Positions 63,662-64,000 of a stretch of DNA of 64,000 nt are shown here, piece after piece. The translations under genes and the position numbers were made by a program. The DNA lies in assembly GCA_965223545.1 (NCBI GenBank), contig OZ245006.1, positions 800,001 to 864,000 on the forward strand. The letters are read 5' to 3'. The notes beneath the pieces are model-generated. The model made no database searches. It had not been told where the DNA came from and saw only the letters and a program-made list of their open reading frames with translations. This DNA is from Planctomycetota bacterium (lineage in GTDB: Bacteria > Planctomycetota > UBA1135 > UBA2386). Each line of letters opens with the position of its first letter. Within the stretch, counting starts at the first letter, position 1.

Positions 63662-64000
63662 CACGTCCTCGAGACCGGCAAGATGATTTCACCATCGAAC
63701 ATTACCGTGAAATCGCAGGCGCCATATCCCGCTCTCACAGCGTCCTTTCTTTCAAAGACGCCAAGGAGCTCGGCGAACAAATCCTCGATATCGATCGAGT
63801 CTTGATCATGCGGCACGATGTCGAGTTCTCTCTCGAAGCCGCGCTGCGGCTAGCGGAGGCCGATGCCGATGCCGGTCTTCACTCCACGTTCTTCCTTCTA
63901 CAAACGAGCGACTACAATTGCTTCGAGGAACAGGGTGCAGATATCATACGGAAGATCCTCGGCCTGGGTCACGATATCGGCTTGCATTACGATGCAGCTC
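63658..64000 (+). CDS. Polysaccharide deacetylase-like protein (partial, runs off the window; absent from the ORF track)
   Basis: ATGA overlap with the formyltransferase. Manual translation MTRPRDRQDDFTIEHY...IMRHDVEFSLEAALRLA...STFFL...LGHDIGLHYDAA. Confidence 0.75.
   Translation, partial: MTRPRDRQDDFTIEHYREIAGAISRSHSVLSFKDAKELGEQILDIDRVLIMRHDVEFSLEAALRLAEADADAGLHSTFFLLQTSDYNCFEEQGADIIRKILGLGHDIGLHYDAA

Noticed and set aside
1..64000. CRISPR array, prophage, integrase, transposase or defence system
   Set aside because: I saw no regularly spaced repeat-spacer pattern and recognised no such protein motifs. A by-eye scan could miss very degenerate cases.

Overview
High-GC bacterial DNA, most consistent with an uncultured Planctomycetota lineage. 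That assignment is an inference from gene content: many membrane-anchored carboxypeptidase-regulatory-like repeat proteins, an ECF sigma factor fused to such repeats, and secreted proteins sharing a ~125-aa beta-rich tail. Layout: (1) tmRNA (ssrA, tag ANQHYALAA) at 37-383. (2) About 0.4-31 kb of cell-surface and secreted protein genes, including a frameshifted HEAT-repeat gene, seven carboxypeptidase-regulatory-like proteins, a copper radical oxidase, a PQQ-propeller/DNRLRE protein, a Thr-type membrane 'sulfatase', a transglutaminase-elicitor-like protein, LMF and yebC. (3) A ~22-kb Wzy-type exopolysaccharide locus (31.3-53.7 kb) that combines UDP-sulfoquinovose synthase, a catalytically degenerate Wzc, a CDP-alditol/TagF teichoic-acid-like module, an ATP-grasp ligase and two tandem beta-helix paralogs. 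(4) A housekeeping block: smpB, tRNA-Leu(CAG), dusB, pcnB, panB, folE. (5) The start of a lower-GC formyltransferase/deacetylase locus. Features outside the ORF track include two copies of a CTAG-ended MITE (24293-24458 and 62565-62682) and a probable non-canonical ATC start for pcnB, whose product carries a long charge-blocked disordered tail. All calls come from motif recognition by eye. No database searches were run, and several start codons are estimates.
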